17,524 nucleotides of DNA from a virus. Its lineage: Duplodnaviria; Heunggongvirae; Uroviricota; Caudoviricetes. Where the stretch lies: IMG/VR virus record IMGVR_UViG_2713896784_000011; one strand, given 5' to 3'. Positions 15,973-17,524 of this stretch are shown piece after piece. Numbering within the stretch: the stretch's first letter is position 1; each line of letters opens with the position of its first letter. The translations under genes were made by a program, and so were the position numbers. The notes under the pieces are model-generated. The model saw only the letters and a list, made by a program, of their open reading frames with translations, was not told the origin of the DNA and made no database searches.

Positions 15973-16023
15973 AAGGTTCCCGATGTGTGTTACATATCAT
16001 TTCTCCACGGGGAATATCCCCAC

Positions 16024-16073
16024 GCCAGCGCAGACTCTTTTACCCGTTCTCTTCTGCGCTGGCTCTTTTTTAT
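16024..16073 (+). terminator. Plus-strand hairpin plus T-tract (11-bp perfect inverted repeat)
   Basis: GCCAGCGCAGA (16024-16034) pairs perfectly with TCTGCGCTGGC (16053-16063) across an 18-nt loop, followed by TCTTTTTTAT. The long loop makes a protein-binding inverted repeat an alternative reading. Confidence 0.45.
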
Positions 16074-16252
16074 TATGCTGCTGCATTTACCTCTGGCACC
16101 ATGCTTTCTATCTCAACACAATACGTGGTACTTCTTGTAACCAATATCATAACGATTAATCGACATAGAATTTCTCCCGTGTACAGGAACAGAGTTAAAA
16201 AGCCGGAACCGGAATCAAATCACAGGATGACCATCTGCCAGTGGCAGGTCAT

Positions 16253-16279
16253 AAAAAAAAGGCCGCGCCATGCGCAGCC
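16253..16279 (-). terminator. Strong minus-strand intrinsic terminator
   Basis: Minus strand reads GGCTGCGC-ATG-GCGCGGCC followed by T8: an 8-bp GC-rich stem with one G-U pair. The plus-strand version has a C-A mismatch and no T-run, so it is strand-specific. Confidence 0.6.
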
Positions 16280-16465
16280 AGAACTCACAAGGAAAATGAT
16301 AGAAGGAAATAACATTAGTGATGTACGCATGGCGCCTCCCGCTAAGTTCTGCAATGATCAAACAGAACTCGCTACGTGCCCTTAAAACTCGATCATTTAG
16401 CCCCTCCAAGGAGGATTCACCATGCGGTTGATTTTTTAATAAACAGTAAACAAAAAAGTCAAGAA

Positions 16466-16576
16466 TTATTCATTCTGTTCTTTCATCATCGGCCACAGCA
16501 ATACCACAATGCCGCAGACCAGAGCGCCATCAGTCAGTACCAACATTATCCTGCTGGTGAAATCCATCATCACCAT
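16466..16576 (-). CDS. Hypothetical 36-aa hydrophobic peptide
   Basis: ATG 16574-16576 to TAA 16466-16468 translates to MVMMDFTSRIMLVLTDGALVCGIVVLLWPMMKEQNE: one predicted transmembrane helix and a charged tail. No convincing SD. Below the ORF-track size cutoff. Speculative. Confidence 0.2.
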   Translation of the reverse strand: MVMMDFTSRIMLVLTDGALVCGIVVLLWPMMKEQNE

Positions 16577-16709
16577 CACTAAAAGCAGGATCACAACAGC
16601 AAGCAGACACAGTTTATAAAACAATGTTCAGGAAACGCATTCAGCATGCCTAAGGTTCTATTCCTACGAATAGCCAACTTGCAACTTAAAATATTATTTA
16701 TGCAGCCAA

Positions 16710-17468
16710 TTAAATTCTGGTCCTTACAATATCAACCTGAAGATTCTTATCTTGTGCTGATTGATAAATGACAAACCTTTTACTACCTGCATTGAAAGAA
16801 GTAGACAAAACCAGACAATTATCATAACGAGCAAGAACATAATACCAACCATCATTATAATTAATCATTTCATATTCTTTCTTAAACTGTGGTTTGTAAT
16901 ATCCTGTCAGAAATGAAAAAAGCCAGAAATATGCCACAAAAGCAATCATCACAATCTCAAAAAAATGTTTTTTTATAAATGGCTTATCATAGAAGCATGA
17001 TACCGATAAAAATCGCCCATAAGATCTTATCGAAATTGTAACCGCCAGCGCAATCGCTGCTGACAGTAGCAAAAGAGGTACCTGAATCTTCTGTCTCAAT
17101 ATAGAAAACTCAATAATTGCCGGCACAAACAATAATTCCACAGCAAAATAAAGGCGAAATACATTTAGCTCTTGCATAGAATGTTTTCTTTTCACTGCGA
17201 AAAAGAATACAACACCAATACCCCAACCGATAAGAAATATAGCAATGACGATAACTGCAAAAAATAAACTTCTGGCAACATCATCAACACCTGCACCTAC
17301 AATCCACCATGGGAAGCCGTAGTAAAAAGAAGTACCCCATCCATAGAAATAAGCACTCCCCCATCCAAGGCATCCCATGTAGGCAATAAAAAGTGAAGAA
17401 CTCCTGAGCAGCGCACCATCCTTCATAACCACCCCAATACAAGATGATAACATTGGCTTACAACTCAT
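16710..17468 (-). CDS. Hypothetical polytopic inner-membrane protein encoded in AT-rich cargo DNA
   Basis: 252-aa ORF with about five hydrophobic helices and an approximately 60-aa hydrophilic C-terminal domain (KPQFKKEYEMINYNDGWYYVLARYDNCLVLSTSFNAGSKRFVIYQSAQDKNLQVDIVRTRI). Strongly AT-rich codon usage, unlike the flanking phage genes. The real start may be the internal ATG 17424-17426 (MKDGALL..., GGGGTGG upstream). I recognise no family. Confidence 0.6.
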   Translation of the reverse strand: MSCKPMLSSCIGVVMKDGALLRSSSLFIAYMGCLGWGSAYFYGWGTSFYYGFPWWIVGAGVDDVARSLFFAVIVIAIFLIGWGIGVVFFFAVKRKHSMQELNVFRLYFAVELLFVPAIIEFSILRQKIQVPLLLLSAAIALAVTISIRSYGRFLSVSCFYDKPFIKKHFFEIVMIAFVAYFWLFSFLTGYYKPQFKKEYEMINYNDGWYYVLARYDNCLVLSTSFNAGSKRFVIYQSAQDKNLQVDIVRTRI

Positions 17469-17524
17469 AACAAAAGCAATTCAATGCCGTCAAGAGGTTA
17501 CAGGCTAAAAAAACTCTATTACAT

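Noticed and set aside
15941-16385. Plus-strand ORFs 15941..16159 and 15987..16385
   Set aside because: Both read straight through the plus-strand hairpin and T-tract at 16024-16073, and have no SD.
16215-16409. Minus-strand ORF 16215..16409 (TTG start)
   Set aside because: Non-ATG start, reads through the strong terminator at 16253-16279; kept only as part of the small-ORF finding.
16376-16582. Plus-strand ORF 16376..16582 ending in five histidines
   Set aside because: GTG start without SD; the His run comes from a CATCATCACCATCAC repeat and the frame is antisense to the more plausible hydrophobic peptide.
15890-16710. tRNA genes between the lysis cassette and the cargo gene (as in Stx phages)
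   Set aside because: No T-loop or cloverleaf-compatible sequence was found on either strand by eye. A tRNAscan run would be needed to be certain.
1-17524. CRISPR arrays, IS elements or an integrase/att site
   Set aside because: No regularly spaced direct repeats, terminal inverted repeats with a transposase, or recombinase ORF is present. The window covers only the late region of the prophage.

Overview
The whole window is the late (lysis and morphogenesis) region of a lambdoid prophage, with every gene on the minus strand (read from high to low coordinates). All family assignments are from reading the translations and from memory of phage protein families; no database search was run. Order: AT-rich cargo with a polytopic membrane protein (16710-17468) -> non-coding AT-rich spacer with opposed intrinsic terminators -> pinholin (S21-like) -> SAR endolysin (interrupted by an 85-N assembly gap) -> Rz with embedded Rz1 -> cos region (cosN-like and cosB-like repeats) -> small and large terminase -> gpW-like -> portal (frameshifted in an A6/T6 run) -> tripartite protease-scaffold-major capsid gene (Gifsy-2 type) -> two small head-completion genes -> lambda-type tail genes Z, U, V, G/G-T, H, M, L and a 5'-truncated K at the window edge. 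The tail-tip genes K, L and M look nearly lambda-identical while the head and lysis modules are of different lineages, so the element is mosaic. No rRNA, tRNA, CRISPR array or IS element was recognised. The best candidate for something undescribed is the AT-rich locus upstream of the holin (15890-17524): a membrane protein of no family I recognise, hydrophobic mini-ORFs, a palindromic SD-like element and several strong terminators, sitting where lambdoid phages normally carry Q/pR' or morons. The portal frameshift and the N gap suggest either a draft-quality assembly or a decaying prophage.
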